DNA of 64,000 bases from Acidobacteriota bacterium (GTDB lineage Bacteria > Acidobacteriota > Thermoanaerobaculia > Gp7-AA8): NCBI GenBank assembly GCA_016184115.1, contig JACPDH010000077.1, positions 64,103 to 128,102 of the forward strand. Direction: 5' to 3'. The notes under the pieces were generated by a model that saw only the letters and a program-made list of their open reading frames with translations, was not told where the DNA came from and searched no databases. Positions 11,402-20,592 of this stretch are shown here, piece after piece. The stretch's first letter is position 1. Each line of letters starts with the position of its first letter. The position numbers and the translations under genes were made by a program.

Positions 11402-12241
11402 ATGGCCTGGTTCAAGAAGGAAAAGACGCCGAAACTGCCCGCCGGACAGCGCCCCGCGATCCCCGAAGGGCTCTGGACGAAGTGCGAGGAATGTAAAGAG
11501 ATCATCTTCTCCAAGACGGTGGAACAGAACCTGAACGTCTGTCCCCGCTGCGGGTTCCACTTTCGTCTGAACGCACGCGAACGATTCGAGCTCCTTCTCG
11601 ACGACGGGCAGTACGAAGAGTTCGCCACGGGGATTCGATCGACCGATCCTTTGAAGTTCCGCGACACGAAGGCGTACCCCGATCGGCTTCGCCTCTACAC
11701 GCAGAAAGTTGGGCAGGGCGACGCGGTGCTCTGCGCCGAGGGGCGTCTCGAAGGGATGCTCGTCGTCGTCGCGTCGATGGAGTACGAGTTCATGGGCGGT
11801 TCGATGGGCTCGGTCGTCGGCGAGAAAATCACGTTGGCGGCCGAACGCGCGCTCGAGAAGAAGGTTCCCCTCATCGTCGTTTCCTGCTCCGGCGGCGCGC
11901 GCATGCAGGAGGGAATCCTTTCGTTGATGCAAATGGCGAAGATCTCGGCGGCCCTCAAGCGTCTCGCGGAAAACGGACTGCCTTACATCTCGCTGCTCAC
12001 GAACCCCACCACGGGAGGCGTGACCGCGTCGTATGCAATGCTGGGCGACGTGAACATCGCCGAGCCCAAAGCGCTGATCGGGTTCGCCGGCCCAAGAGTC
12101 ATCGAGCAGACGATCCGGCAGAAGCTGCCGGAGGGATTCCAGCGATCGGAGTTTCTTCTCGAGCACGGGATGGTCGACATCATCGCGACACGGCACGAGC
12201 TCAAGGCTACGATCGGAAAGGTGCTCCGCCACCTGGCATGA
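11402..12241 (+). CDS. accD: Acetyl-CoA carboxylase carboxyltransferase beta subunit AccD
   Basis: N-terminal Zn ribbon CEECKEIIF...CPRCGFHF, then the CT domain. 4-nt overlap with folC. Confidence 0.9.
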   Translation: MAWFKKEKTPKLPAGQRPAIPEGLWTKCEECKEIIFSKTVEQNLNVCPRCGFHFRLNARERFELLLDDGQYEEFATGIRSTDPLKFRDTKAYPDRLRLYTQKVGQGDAVLCAEGRLEGMLVVVASMEYEFMGGSMGSVVGEKITLAAERALEKKVPLIVVSCSGGARMQEGILSLMQMAKISAALKRLAENGLPYISLLTNPTTGGVTASYAMLGDVNIAEPKALIGFAGPRVIEQTIRQKLPEGFQRSEFLLEHGMVDIIATRHELKATIGKVLRHLA

Positions 12242-13575
12242 GTGCAGTGCGCCGTGCCGCCCCGAGTGCGCGCGAGACAAGGTGGGCTCCGTTTCGTAGC
12301 GCGCGTGAGGCGCACCGCTGGCTCGAGTCGCTGCAAGGGAGCGGGATCCGTCCCGGGCTGATGCGCATGCGCGCGCTCCTTCGCGCCGCCGGCAATCCTC
12401 ATCGCGCGAACCCGACGGTGATCGTCGCAGGTACGAACGGCAAGGGCTCGACCTCCGCGACGCTCGCGTCGATCCTTCAGTGCGCTGGCCTGCTCACTGG
12501 ACTCTATACATCGCCGCATCTCGTCGGTATCCGGGAACGCTGGCGCGTCGGCGGACGCGACGTCTCCGCGGAGGCGCTGCTTCTTGCGATTGGCGAGCTC
12601 TATGCCGCGTCGCAGACGTGCGGGATCGAGCCGACATATTTCGAAGCGCTCACGGCGCTCGCGTTCATTGTCTTTCGCGACGCGAAGTGCGACATCGCGG
12701 TGCTCGAGGTTGGAATGGGGGGGCGGCTCGACGCGACGAACGTCACTCGTCCCCTCGCGGCGCTCATCACGCCGATCGCGATGGACCACCAGGAGTTTCT
12801 GGGTGACACCATCACCAGGATCGCAGGCGAAAAAGCGGGAGTGATCCACGGTGGATGTGCAGCGCTGACGTCGGTGAGCGACGAACGGGCGCTCGCTGTG
12901 ATCCGGAGGCGCGCGGGGAAGGCCGGCGCAACACTGGCCGAAACGGCGCGAGAATGTCGCGTGTCGCGCGTGGAACAGGATGCAGACGGCCTCGCGTTTC
13001 GCCTCGCCACGCCAGCGAATTCATACGATCTGCGAACGCCCCTCGCGGGGAAACACCAGTGCGACAACATTGCGCTTGCGGTGAGGGGAGCGGAGGAACT
13101 TCGCCAGCGCTTTCCAGGCCTCACGCGGAACGCGATCGTCGAAGGCGTTGCGAAAACGGTGTGGCGCGGGCGGCTCGAACGTTTCGAGTTGCCTCACGGA
13201 AGGGTCTGGGTGGACGGAGGACACAACGAGGATGCGATTCGAGCGATTCTTCCGTTCGTGGAGGAGTCGGTTCCGCTCCCTCGTTGCCTCGTATTCGGGA
13301 TCATGAAAGACAAGGACTGGGAAGCGGTTGCGAAGCTCGTCTTTCCGCTCTTCGACCGGATCATCCTAACCAAGCCTGACAGAGCGCGGGGATGCGAGCC
13401 GCGCGAGCTTGCGGGGCTCGTGACGCTCGACCGGCGTTACGTGACCGTGAGATCGAAGCCTGCCGACGCGGTCGCGCTGGCGCTCGAAGAATGCTGGCCC
13501 GCGACGCTCGTATGCGGCTCGCTCTACCTCGCCGGGGCGGCGATCGAGGTGCTGGATTCGGTGAAGCCGCGATAG
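12238..13575 (+). CDS. folC: Bifunctional folylpolyglutamate synthase / dihydrofolate synthase FolC
   Basis: Mur-ligase P-loop [12 protein letters not shown]. Conserved accD-folC synteny. Confidence 0.85.
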   Translation: MSAVRRAAPSARETRWAPFRSAREAHRWLESLQGSGIRPGLMRMRALLRAAGNPHRANPTVIVAGTNGKGSTSATLASILQCAGLLTGLYTSPHLVGIRERWRVGGRDVSAEALLLAIGELYAASQTCGIEPTYFEALTALAFIVFRDAKCDIAVLEVGMGGRLDATNVTRPLAALITPIAMDHQEFLGDTITRIAGEKAGVIHGGCAALTSVSDERALAVIRRRAGKAGATLAETARECRVSRVEQDADGLAFRLATPANSYDLRTPLAGKHQCDNIALAVRGAEELRQRFPGLTRNAIVEGVAKTVWRGRLERFELPHGRVWVDGGHNEDAIRAILPFVEESVPLPRCLVFGIMKDKDWEAVAKLVFPLFDRIILTKPDRARGCEPRELAGLVTLDRRYVTVRSKPADAVALALEECWPATLVCGSLYLAGAAIEVLDSVKPR

Positions 13576-13715
13576 CGACTACGGCCTCCGGCCGTTATTG
13601 CGCCGCGAGAGCGACGCGTGAATCGAGCGAAATACGGCACTGCGGTTCAGCGGCGGCGGCGAGGCGCCTCCGCCACGACCCTTCAGCTACAATGCGCCGC
13701 GACGGAGACACGATC

Positions 13716-14993
13716 ATGGCGAACGCGACTGATACCCACACCGACGAACATGCACGCCTGCAGCGCGAGCTTCGCGAGGTCGATCCCGAGATCGCCGACG
13801 CGATCCGCAGCGAGAGCGAGCGCCAGAACGACACGCTGGAGCTGATCGCCTCAGAGAACCACGTCTCGAAGGCGGTCCTGACTGCGATGGGCTCGGTCTT
13901 CACGAACAAATACGCCGAGGGTTATCCAGGAAAGCGGTACTACGGGGGCTGCGGACCAACCGACGTCGCCGAATCGATTGCGATCGAGCGCGCGAAGGCG
14001 CTGTTTGGCGCTGAGCATGCCAACGTGCAGCCGCACTCCGGCTCACAGGCGAATATGGGGGTCTACTTCGCCGTGCTCCGTCCTGGCGACGTGATCATGG
14101 GGATGGACCTCTCCCATGGTGGCCATCTGACGCACGGTCACCCGCTCTCGTACAGCGGCCGCGATTTTCAAGTCGTCTCGTACGGAGTTCGAAAAGACGA
14201 CGAGCGCATCGACTATGACGCGATGCAGACGCTCGCGGAGGAGAAGAAGCCGAAGCTGATCATCTGTGGCGCGTCGGCATATCCCCGAATCATCGACTTC
14301 AAGCGCATTCGCGAAATCGCCGACTCGTGCGGTGCCATGATGATGGCCGACGTCGCGCATATCGCAGGGCTCATCGTCGCGGGCGAGCATCCTTCACCCG
14401 TGCCGTTCGCGGACTTCGTCACCACGACGACGCACAAGACGCTTCGCGGGCCGCGCTCCGGTCTCATTCTCTGCAAGGAGAAGTACGCGAAGGACCTCGA
14501 CCGCTCCGTATTTCCCGGAATCCAGGGTGGTCCGCTCGTCCACATCGTCGCGGCGAAGGCAGTGGCCTTCAAAGAGGCGGCGACGGACGACTTCAGATCC
14601 TACCAGCGCCAGATCGTGAAGAACGCGAAGGTTCTCTGTGAAACGGTTGCGGCGGCTGGCTTCAGGATCGTGTCGGGCGGCACCGATAACCACCTCTTCC
14701 TCACCGATGTCTTTTCGAAAGAGGTGACGGGCAAGGAAGGGGAGAAGATGCTCGAGAGCGCCGGGATCACGGTGAACAAGAACACGATCCCGTTCGACCA
14801 GAACAAACCGATGGTCGCGTCGGGAATCCGGGTTGGAACGCCTGCGGTGACGACTCGCGGGATGCGCGAGGACGAGATGCGCGTGATCGGTGCTCTGATC
14901 GCGGAGGTTCTCGACTCAAAGGGTGATGTCGCGGTGATCGAGCGCGTGAGGGGCCGAGTGCTGGAGCTGTGCAAGCGGTTTCCGATTTACTGA
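13716..14993 (+). CDS. glyA: Serine hydroxymethyltransferase GlyA
   Basis: [15 protein letters not shown]..., PLP-lysine region [13 protein letters not shown]. Start ATG at 13716 (the ORF-track start 13392 is upstream junk). Confidence 0.9.
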   Translation: MANATDTHTDEHARLQRELREVDPEIADAIRSESERQNDTLELIASENHVSKAVLTAMGSVFTNKYAEGYPGKRYYGGCGPTDVAESIAIERAKALFGAEHANVQPHSGSQANMGVYFAVLRPGDVIMGMDLSHGGHLTHGHPLSYSGRDFQVVSYGVRKDDERIDYDAMQTLAEEKKPKLIICGASAYPRIIDFKRIREIADSCGAMMMADVAHIAGLIVAGEHPSPVPFADFVTTTTHKTLRGPRSGLILCKEKYAKDLDRSVFPGIQGGPLVHIVAAKAVAFKEAATDDFRSYQRQIVKNAKVLCETVAAAGFRIVSGGTDNHLFLTDVFSKEVTGKEGEKMLESAGITVNKNTIPFDQNKPMVASGIRVGTPAVTTRGMREDEMRVIGALIAEVLDSKGDVAVIERVRGRVLELCKRFPIY

Positions 14994-14999
14994 CGCGCC

Positions 15000-15773
15000 T
15001 CAGCCAGCCTGTTGCGCCACGGCTTTCGGTTTGAAGATCCGGTGTTTGTAGATCTTCTTCTTGTCCAGCTTGTAGTAGACCATCGTCTTCAGGATCTCGA
15101 GCCCGTAGCGGACGCTGCGCCAGAAACTGATCTGTGAGGCTTCTTCGAAATAACGGGTCTGAATCGGGACCTCGCGGAATTTCATCCCCGCGGCGACGCC
15201 CTGCGCGATGATCTCGGTGTCGAAGACGAAGTTGTCGGAGTTCGCTTCGAAGTTGACGGCGTCGAGGTATCGCTTCGAGTAGGCGCGGAAGCCGGAGTGG
15301 TACTCGGAGAGAAAGACGTAGAAGGTGGCGTTCTCGACGGCGGTCAGGAAGAGGTTTGCGAAGTACTTCCACTTCGGCATCCCTCCTTCGATCGGCCGGC
15401 CGCCCAGCATCCTCGAGCCGAACACCGCATCGCATTCGTCGTTGAGCAATGGCTGGACGAGGTGTGGAACGATCGTCGGGTCATACTGATGGTCGGGGTG
15501 GACCATGACCATGATCTCGCCGCCGAGCTCGTCCATGGCGGTGCGGTAGCAGGTCTTCTGGTTGCCGCCGTAGCCGCGGTTCTGCTTGTGGACGACCACG
15601 CGGATTCCGAGCTTCTGCGCGAGGGCGACGGTGCCGTCCTTCGAACAGTCGTCGACCAGGAGGATCTCGTCGACCCAATCCTTCGGGATGTCGTCGAGCG
15701 TTGCCGCCAACGTCTTCTCGGCGTTGTAGGCCGGCAGGACGACGACGACTTTTTTATTTCGTTTCTGGGGCAT
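15000..15773 (-). CDS. GT2 glycosyltransferase, DPM1/Ppm1/GtrB/CsbB-like polyprenyl-phosphate sugar synthase (soluble form)
   Basis: VVVVLPAYNAEKTL...VDDCSKDGT (DxD)...HPDHQYD. About 257 aa with no C-terminal TM. Start taken at MPQKRNKK. Divergent from the YfhO cluster. Confidence 0.7.
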   Translation of the reverse strand: MPQKRNKKVVVVLPAYNAEKTLAATLDDIPKDWVDEILLVDDCSKDGTVALAQKLGIRVVVHKQNRGYGGNQKTCYRTAMDELGGEIMVMVHPDHQYDPTIVPHLVQPLLNDECDAVFGSRMLGGRPIEGGMPKWKYFANLFLTAVENATFYVFLSEYHSGFRAYSKRYLDAVNFEANSDNFVFDTEIIAQGVAAGMKFREVPIQTRYFEEASQISFWRSVRYGLEILKTMVYYKLDKKKIYKHRIFKPKAVAQQAG

Positions 15774-15841
15774 CGAATAGTGCCCGATTGGGCGCGCAAA
15801 GGTTAGCACAGGGGCTCGCGTACGGTTACAATCCGCGCCGC

Positions 15842-18205
15842 TTGAGCCGGAGAAGACTGCGCACCGAGGCCGCCGCACTGACGCTGCTCGTCGTCGTCGT
15901 GTTGATGCCGTTTCTCGACGTCCTGTTTGCGTCGGGACGTTTCTACGTTCGCGACCTCACGCGCTACTACTACCCGACCAAGCAGATCCTCCGCGACATC
16001 GTCCTGCACGGCGAGTTTCCGTACTGGAACCGCCACTACTCGGCGGGGCAACCGATTGCCGCGAACCCCGAGTACGAGATCTTCTACCCGTTGCAGTGGC
16101 TGATCCTGCTTCCCGACTACGACCTCGGATACCGGCTCCACATCATCGTTCACATTCCGATCGCGGCGATCGGGATGTACCTGCTGTTGCGGTCGCTTCG
16201 ACTGCGGATCGCGGCTGCGTTCTTCGGCGCGATCGTGTTCGCGATCGGCGGCTTGTCGATGTCGATGATCAACCTGTTGCCGATCCTGTTCTGCGTCGTC
16301 TGGATACCATGGGTGCTCCTCTTTACGAGACGGTTCCTGCGCGCGCCTAACGTGCGTGATTTCGCGCTGGCAGCGTTCTTCCTGGGGATTGAGGGGCTCG
16401 TCGGAGAGCCGACGTCGATCATGCAGACGGCGTTCCTGATGTCGGCGTACGGGTTCTGGCGCGCGATGCGAAGCGAGCGGCGGTTGCTGACGCTCGCGCG
16501 CAACGCGCTGCTCGTCGGACTGATCGGAATCGCCGGCTTTCTCGGCGGTGCGGCCCAACTCGTTCCGGCAGTCGACCACGTCGGCGATTCGGTACGCTCG
16601 CGGCCGTTCGAGCTCGGACTCGTCACCACCTGGAGTATGCCGCCGGCGCGGCCGCTCGAGCTGATCTATCCGAATCTCTTCGGGCGGTTGTTCGACTCGC
16701 CAGGAGCGTACTGGGGTTCCGGGCTCTACCCGCGCACGGCGTCGCCGTTCATCTTCAGCATCTACCTCGGGTTGATCGCGGCGGCGATGATCATCGGCGC
16801 GGTCGCAGGGCGGGTGCGCGGGCTAGTACTGTCGGCCGCGGTCCTTCTCGCCATGTTGCCAATCGCACTCGGCGGAAACACGCCGCTTTTCGACGGACTC
16901 CACGCGCTCGGCCTAACGCAGTCGATTCGATACCCGGAGAAGTTCGCGTATGCGGGACTCTTCGCGCTTAACGTGCTCGCCGCGATCGCATTCGACCGGT
17001 ACCTGAGGCGCGACGCGCGAGTGCGTCGCGCTGCTGTCGTCTTTGCGGCGGCTTCCGCGGTCGCGGCCGCAGTCTTTTTCGTCGCGACATTCACGCCCTT
17101 CTACGAGCTCGTCGTGCAAAAGGTGTGGGGCATGACGCACCGAGGACGCGTGGAGGTTGCGATTGCCGTCGCGCGTGAAGGCTGGGGCCTCGCCGTGCTT
17201 CGAGGCTTCGCGGTCGCAGGACTGCTCGCAGTCGGATGGAAGCGACGACGGATCTCCTGGCACGCGGGCGCGATCATCCTCATGCTCGTCGACCTGACGC
17301 CGGTCGGATTCGACGTCCTGCCCAGGTTCCCCGCGAAGTTCTTCACGATACCGGAGGCGGCGGCGGAGCTCCCGAGAGGAGGCGAACCCTACCGGATCTT
17401 CCATGAGGCCGACTGGTACGGAGGCAGCCAGCCTTCGAGCTCTTACTTCGGCGTCGGAGCCGATGCGTACTGGGTCGTTCGCAACGGAGTCTTCCCGATG
17501 ACGCCTGCGACGTGGGGACTCGAGACTGTGCTCGAGCGCGATTACGACAAGACAGCGCTGCTTCCGACGGTCGACCTGGTCGACGCGATGTGGCGAGCGC
17601 GCGATGCCGGCGTCAAGAACTGGCGCGAGGTTTTCGGCTCCATGTCCAACGTGGCGTACATCGCCCAGTACCGCGGATTCGAGGATGAGAAGAAGCGGAT
17701 CAAGGGAAACTTCAAGAAGTCGCGCCCCGTCGACTTCGTTCCGCAGGACGCGTCTCCGCGCTACTACTTCGCGAGCCGTTTGATCGAGGCTCGGGACGCC
17801 GATGCGATGCTCCGGAGGCTCGTGAAGGGAGATTGGTGCCGCGACTGTGCCTACGTCGCTCGCGGTGCCGGTGTGCCTGCAGCGGGTCGCGTCGCGTCCG
17901 TGAAGGAGACGGCGAACCGTGCCCGGATTGAAGTCGAGGCTGACGGCGACGCCTTCCTCGTGATGAGCGTGACGCCGCACAAATACTGGAGCGCGCGGAT
18001 CGACGGGCGGTCGGTTCCGATCGAGATCGCGAACGTCGCCTACCAGGGCGTGCGCGTTCCGGCGGGCCGGCATGTCATCGAGGTCCAGTACCGGAACACG
18101 CTCATCGTAAAGGCGGCGGCGGTGTCAGGCACGGTGCTCGTGGGGCTGCTCATTGCCGCGTTTGCGGCGCGTGGGCGTCGCGCTACCGTAGAATTCGAGT
18201 CGTGA
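15842..18205 (+). CDS. YfhO-family (GT-C fold) integral membrane glycosyltransferase-like protein, paralog 1
   Basis: N-terminal motif RDLTRYYYPTKQ...YWNRHYSAGQP...NPEYEIFYPLQWL, multiple TM segments, C-terminal periplasmic YfhO-like signature TPHKYWSARIDGRSVPIEIANVAYQGVRVPAGRHVIEVQYRN. Start uncertain (TTG at 15842, or an ATG further downstream). Confidence 0.6.
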   Translation: MSRRRLRTEAAALTLLVVVVLMPFLDVLFASGRFYVRDLTRYYYPTKQILRDIVLHGEFPYWNRHYSAGQPIAANPEYEIFYPLQWLILLPDYDLGYRLHIIVHIPIAAIGMYLLLRSLRLRIAAAFFGAIVFAIGGLSMSMINLLPILFCVVWIPWVLLFTRRFLRAPNVRDFALAAFFLGIEGLVGEPTSIMQTAFLMSAYGFWRAMRSERRLLTLARNALLVGLIGIAGFLGGAAQLVPAVDHVGDSVRSRPFELGLVTTWSMPPARPLELIYPNLFGRLFDSPGAYWGSGLYPRTASPFIFSIYLGLIAAAMIIGAVAGRVRGLVLSAAVLLAMLPIALGGNTPLFDGLHALGLTQSIRYPEKFAYAGLFALNVLAAIAFDRYLRRDARVRRAAVVFAAASAVAAAVFFVATFTPFYELVVQKVWGMTHRGRVEVAIAVAREGWGLAVLRGFAVAGLLAVGWKRRRISWHAGAIILMLVDLTPVGFDVLPRFPAKFFTIPEAAAELPRGGEPYRIFHEADWYGGSQPSSSYFGVGADAYWVVRNGVFPMTPATWGLETVLERDYDKTALLPTVDLVDAMWRARDAGVKNWREVFGSMSNVAYIAQYRGFEDEKKRIKGNFKKSRPVDFVPQDASPRYYFASRLIEARDADAMLRRLVKGDWCRDCAYVARGAGVPAAGRVASVKETANRARIEVEADGDAFLVMSVTPHKYWSARIDGRSVPIEIANVAYQGVRVPAGRHVIEVQYRNTLIVKAAAVSGTVLVGLLIAAFAARGRRATVEFES

Positions 18206-20580
18206 CCTCCAATGAGAGCGCCGATCGTCGGCAGACGGCGAGAGCCTTCGCGTTCCTCGCAGCGCTCGTGGCCGTCGCATTCGCCGATCTCCTCGTTTTC
18301 GGCAGGCGGCTCTTCATACGCGATGTCGCGAATTTCTACTTCCCGACGAAGAAGCTGCTGCGGGAGGCGTGGCTCTCGGGCGACCTGCCACTCTGGAACC
18401 ACGCCTACTCGGCCGGACAGCCGATGGCGGCGAACCCCGAGTATGGGGCGTTCTATCCGCCTCATCTTCTGCTGCTTCTGCCCGACTACGCGTTCGCGTT
18501 CCAACTGCTGATCGTCGTTCACGTCGTGATCGGTGCGTGGGGCGCCTATCGTTTTCTTCGCTCGCTCGGGCTCCGCGAGTCGTCGAGTCTCTTCGGAGCG
18601 GTGACGTTCGCGTTTGGCGGGCTGACTGCGTCGCTCCTCAATCTGCTGCCTTACCTGTTTCTGCTGACCTGGCTCCCCTGGGCGTTTCTGCATGTGAGGC
18701 GTTGGTTGACCTCGGGCGGCTGGGGAGACATGGCGCTCGCGGCGCTCTTCCTTGGATTGCAGATTCTCACGGCGGAGCCGAGCACGCTGGTTCAAGTCTG
18801 GTTGCTCGTGGGGCTCTACGCGATGCATCGCGTCGCACGAGCCGAGCGCAAGCGCGACGCGATCGAGAGGATTGCGCCGCGAGTCGGCGTGCTGCTCGTC
18901 GCCGCAATCGCGGTCGGTGCGATCCAGCTTCTGCCTGCGATCGACCATGCGGGCGACTCGGTGCGTGCGGAGCCGTTTGCCTATAAAACGGTGCGAAGTT
19001 GGAGTATGCCGTCGATCAGGCCTGCGGAGGTCGCAATTCCAGGCGCTTTCGGCCGCGTCTGGCGAGAAACGGAGACCGCGTACTTTGGCGGGATCTTCTA
19101 TGCGCCTCGACCGCTGCCGTTTCTCTTCAGCGTCTACGCCGGGATGTTAGGCTGCTGTCTCGCGGTCGCCGGGATTCGGGCGAGGCTTCCTGGTACCGGC
19201 CTGCTGCTCGCGGTCGCGGCGCTTTCGTTCGTATTCGCGCTCGGTGACCATACGCCACTGCTCCGGTGGTTGTACGACGCGGGTATCGCGACCTCGTTCC
19301 GTTACGCGGAGAAGTTCGCGATCATGGGGCTTCTCGCGCTGATGGTCTACCAGGCGCGCGCGTTCGACGCGCTTCTCGACGATCCGCGCCGGATGGGACG
19401 CGCGGCCTCGGTTGCGGCGGCGCTCTGCCTCGCAGTGTCTCTGGGGGCGGTCGTCTTCTTCTCGTCGGCGCAGGGCCCCGACCTCGCGCGCTCGCTCACG
19501 GGGTTGGGGAGCGACGACGTGCTCGCGGCGATCGTTCGTGACGCGCGCGTCGACTGGACTGCGAATTCTCTGCGGGCCGCCGTGGCCCTCGCGCTTTGCG
19601 TGGCAGCGGCACGCGGGCGGGTGGGAAGGAAATGGGTGGCGGTCGCGATCGTGAGTGCGTTCGTCGATCTTGCCGTGGCATCTCGGGCCGTCGCGCCGTC
19701 GATCGAGCCGAGCTTCTACGATGAACCGCCTGCGGCTGCGCAGCTTGGCGACGACCGCCACGCATACAGAATCTTCCCGCTCGCGGATTGGTACGACACG
19801 TTCGGCCTCAGCGAGAACGGCCGTAGGTTCGCCGCGACGGGGAAAGGCGTTTACTGGACATGCCGGAACGGGCTTGCGCCGATGATTTCAGCCGCCTGGG
19901 GTTTTCGATATGCGATGGAGGTCGACTATGACCGGACGAACCTTCTGCCGGCGAAGCGCTTCGTCGAGGTCATGTGGCGCGTGCGTAACGAGGCTGGTGA
20001 GGCGCGCGACGCGACGCTGATGGCGATGGCGGGCACGCGCTACAAGACGAGGTTCCGCGACCACTCGAGAGCAACCGTGGCAGGCATGCGCGAAGAGTCG
20101 ATCGAACCGATCGAGCTCGAGCAAAAGGGAACGGGGGAGCGGTACTACTTCGCCGATCGGATCATCATCGCACGCGATGCGGAATCGATGGCTCGTTCGA
20201 TCATCGCGGTCGATCCCGGGCCACACGCGGCGTTTCTCCCGGAGGAAATGGCGGGGGTGGCGCCCGGAAAGGTGATCTCATGGAGAGAGACGTCTCGATC
20301 AATCGAGCTGGACGTCGACGCTTCCGGGAGGTCGTTGCTCGTGCTGAGCATCACCCCGCACCGCTACTGGCGCGCGAGCGTCGACGGCAAGCCGGCCCGG
20401 CTCCTCACCGTGAACACCGGATTCAGTGGCCTGTCGTTGGAGCGCGGAAGGCAGCGGGTACTGCTCGAGTACCGCAATCCCGTCGTGATTGCAGGCGCAG
20501 AGATCAGTCTCGTCGCCGTGCTTTGTCTCGGAACAATCGCGGTAGTCAGTGGCCGCAGGCGGCGCGAGCCGCTACGGTAG
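18202..20580 (+). CDS. YfhO-family membrane glycosyltransferase-like protein, paralog 2
   Basis: RDVANFYFPTKK...LWNHAYSAGQP...NPEYGAFYP; C-terminal ITPHRYWRASVDGKPARLLTVNTGFSGLSLERGRQRVLLEYRN. GTG start overlaps the paralog-1 stop (GTGA). Confidence 0.6.
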   Translation: MTSNESADRRQTARAFAFLAALVAVAFADLLVFGRRLFIRDVANFYFPTKKLLREAWLSGDLPLWNHAYSAGQPMAANPEYGAFYPPHLLLLLPDYAFAFQLLIVVHVVIGAWGAYRFLRSLGLRESSSLFGAVTFAFGGLTASLLNLLPYLFLLTWLPWAFLHVRRWLTSGGWGDMALAALFLGLQILTAEPSTLVQVWLLVGLYAMHRVARAERKRDAIERIAPRVGVLLVAAIAVGAIQLLPAIDHAGDSVRAEPFAYKTVRSWSMPSIRPAEVAIPGAFGRVWRETETAYFGGIFYAPRPLPFLFSVYAGMLGCCLAVAGIRARLPGTGLLLAVAALSFVFALGDHTPLLRWLYDAGIATSFRYAEKFAIMGLLALMVYQARAFDALLDDPRRMGRAASVAAALCLAVSLGAVVFFSSAQGPDLARSLTGLGSDDVLAAIVRDARVDWTANSLRAAVALALCVAAARGRVGRKWVAVAIVSAFVDLAVASRAVAPSIEPSFYDEPPAAAQLGDDRHAYRIFPLADWYDTFGLSENGRRFAATGKGVYWTCRNGLAPMISAAWGFRYAMEVDYDRTNLLPAKRFVEVMWRVRNEAGEARDATLMAMAGTRYKTRFRDHSRATVAGMREESIEPIELEQKGTGERYYFADRIIIARDAESMARSIIAVDPGPHAAFLPEEMAGVAPGKVISWRETSRSIELDVDASGRSLLVLSITPHRYWRASVDGKPARLLTVNTGFSGLSLERGRQRVLLEYRNPVVIAGAEISLVAVLCLGTIAVVSGRRRREPLR

Positions 20581-20592
20581 AATCCGGCGGCG

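Noticed and set aside
11330-12280. 316-aa minus-strand ORF overlapping accD
   Set aside because: Antisense to a well-supported accD with a Zn-ribbon. Low-complexity Arg/Asp-rich translation.
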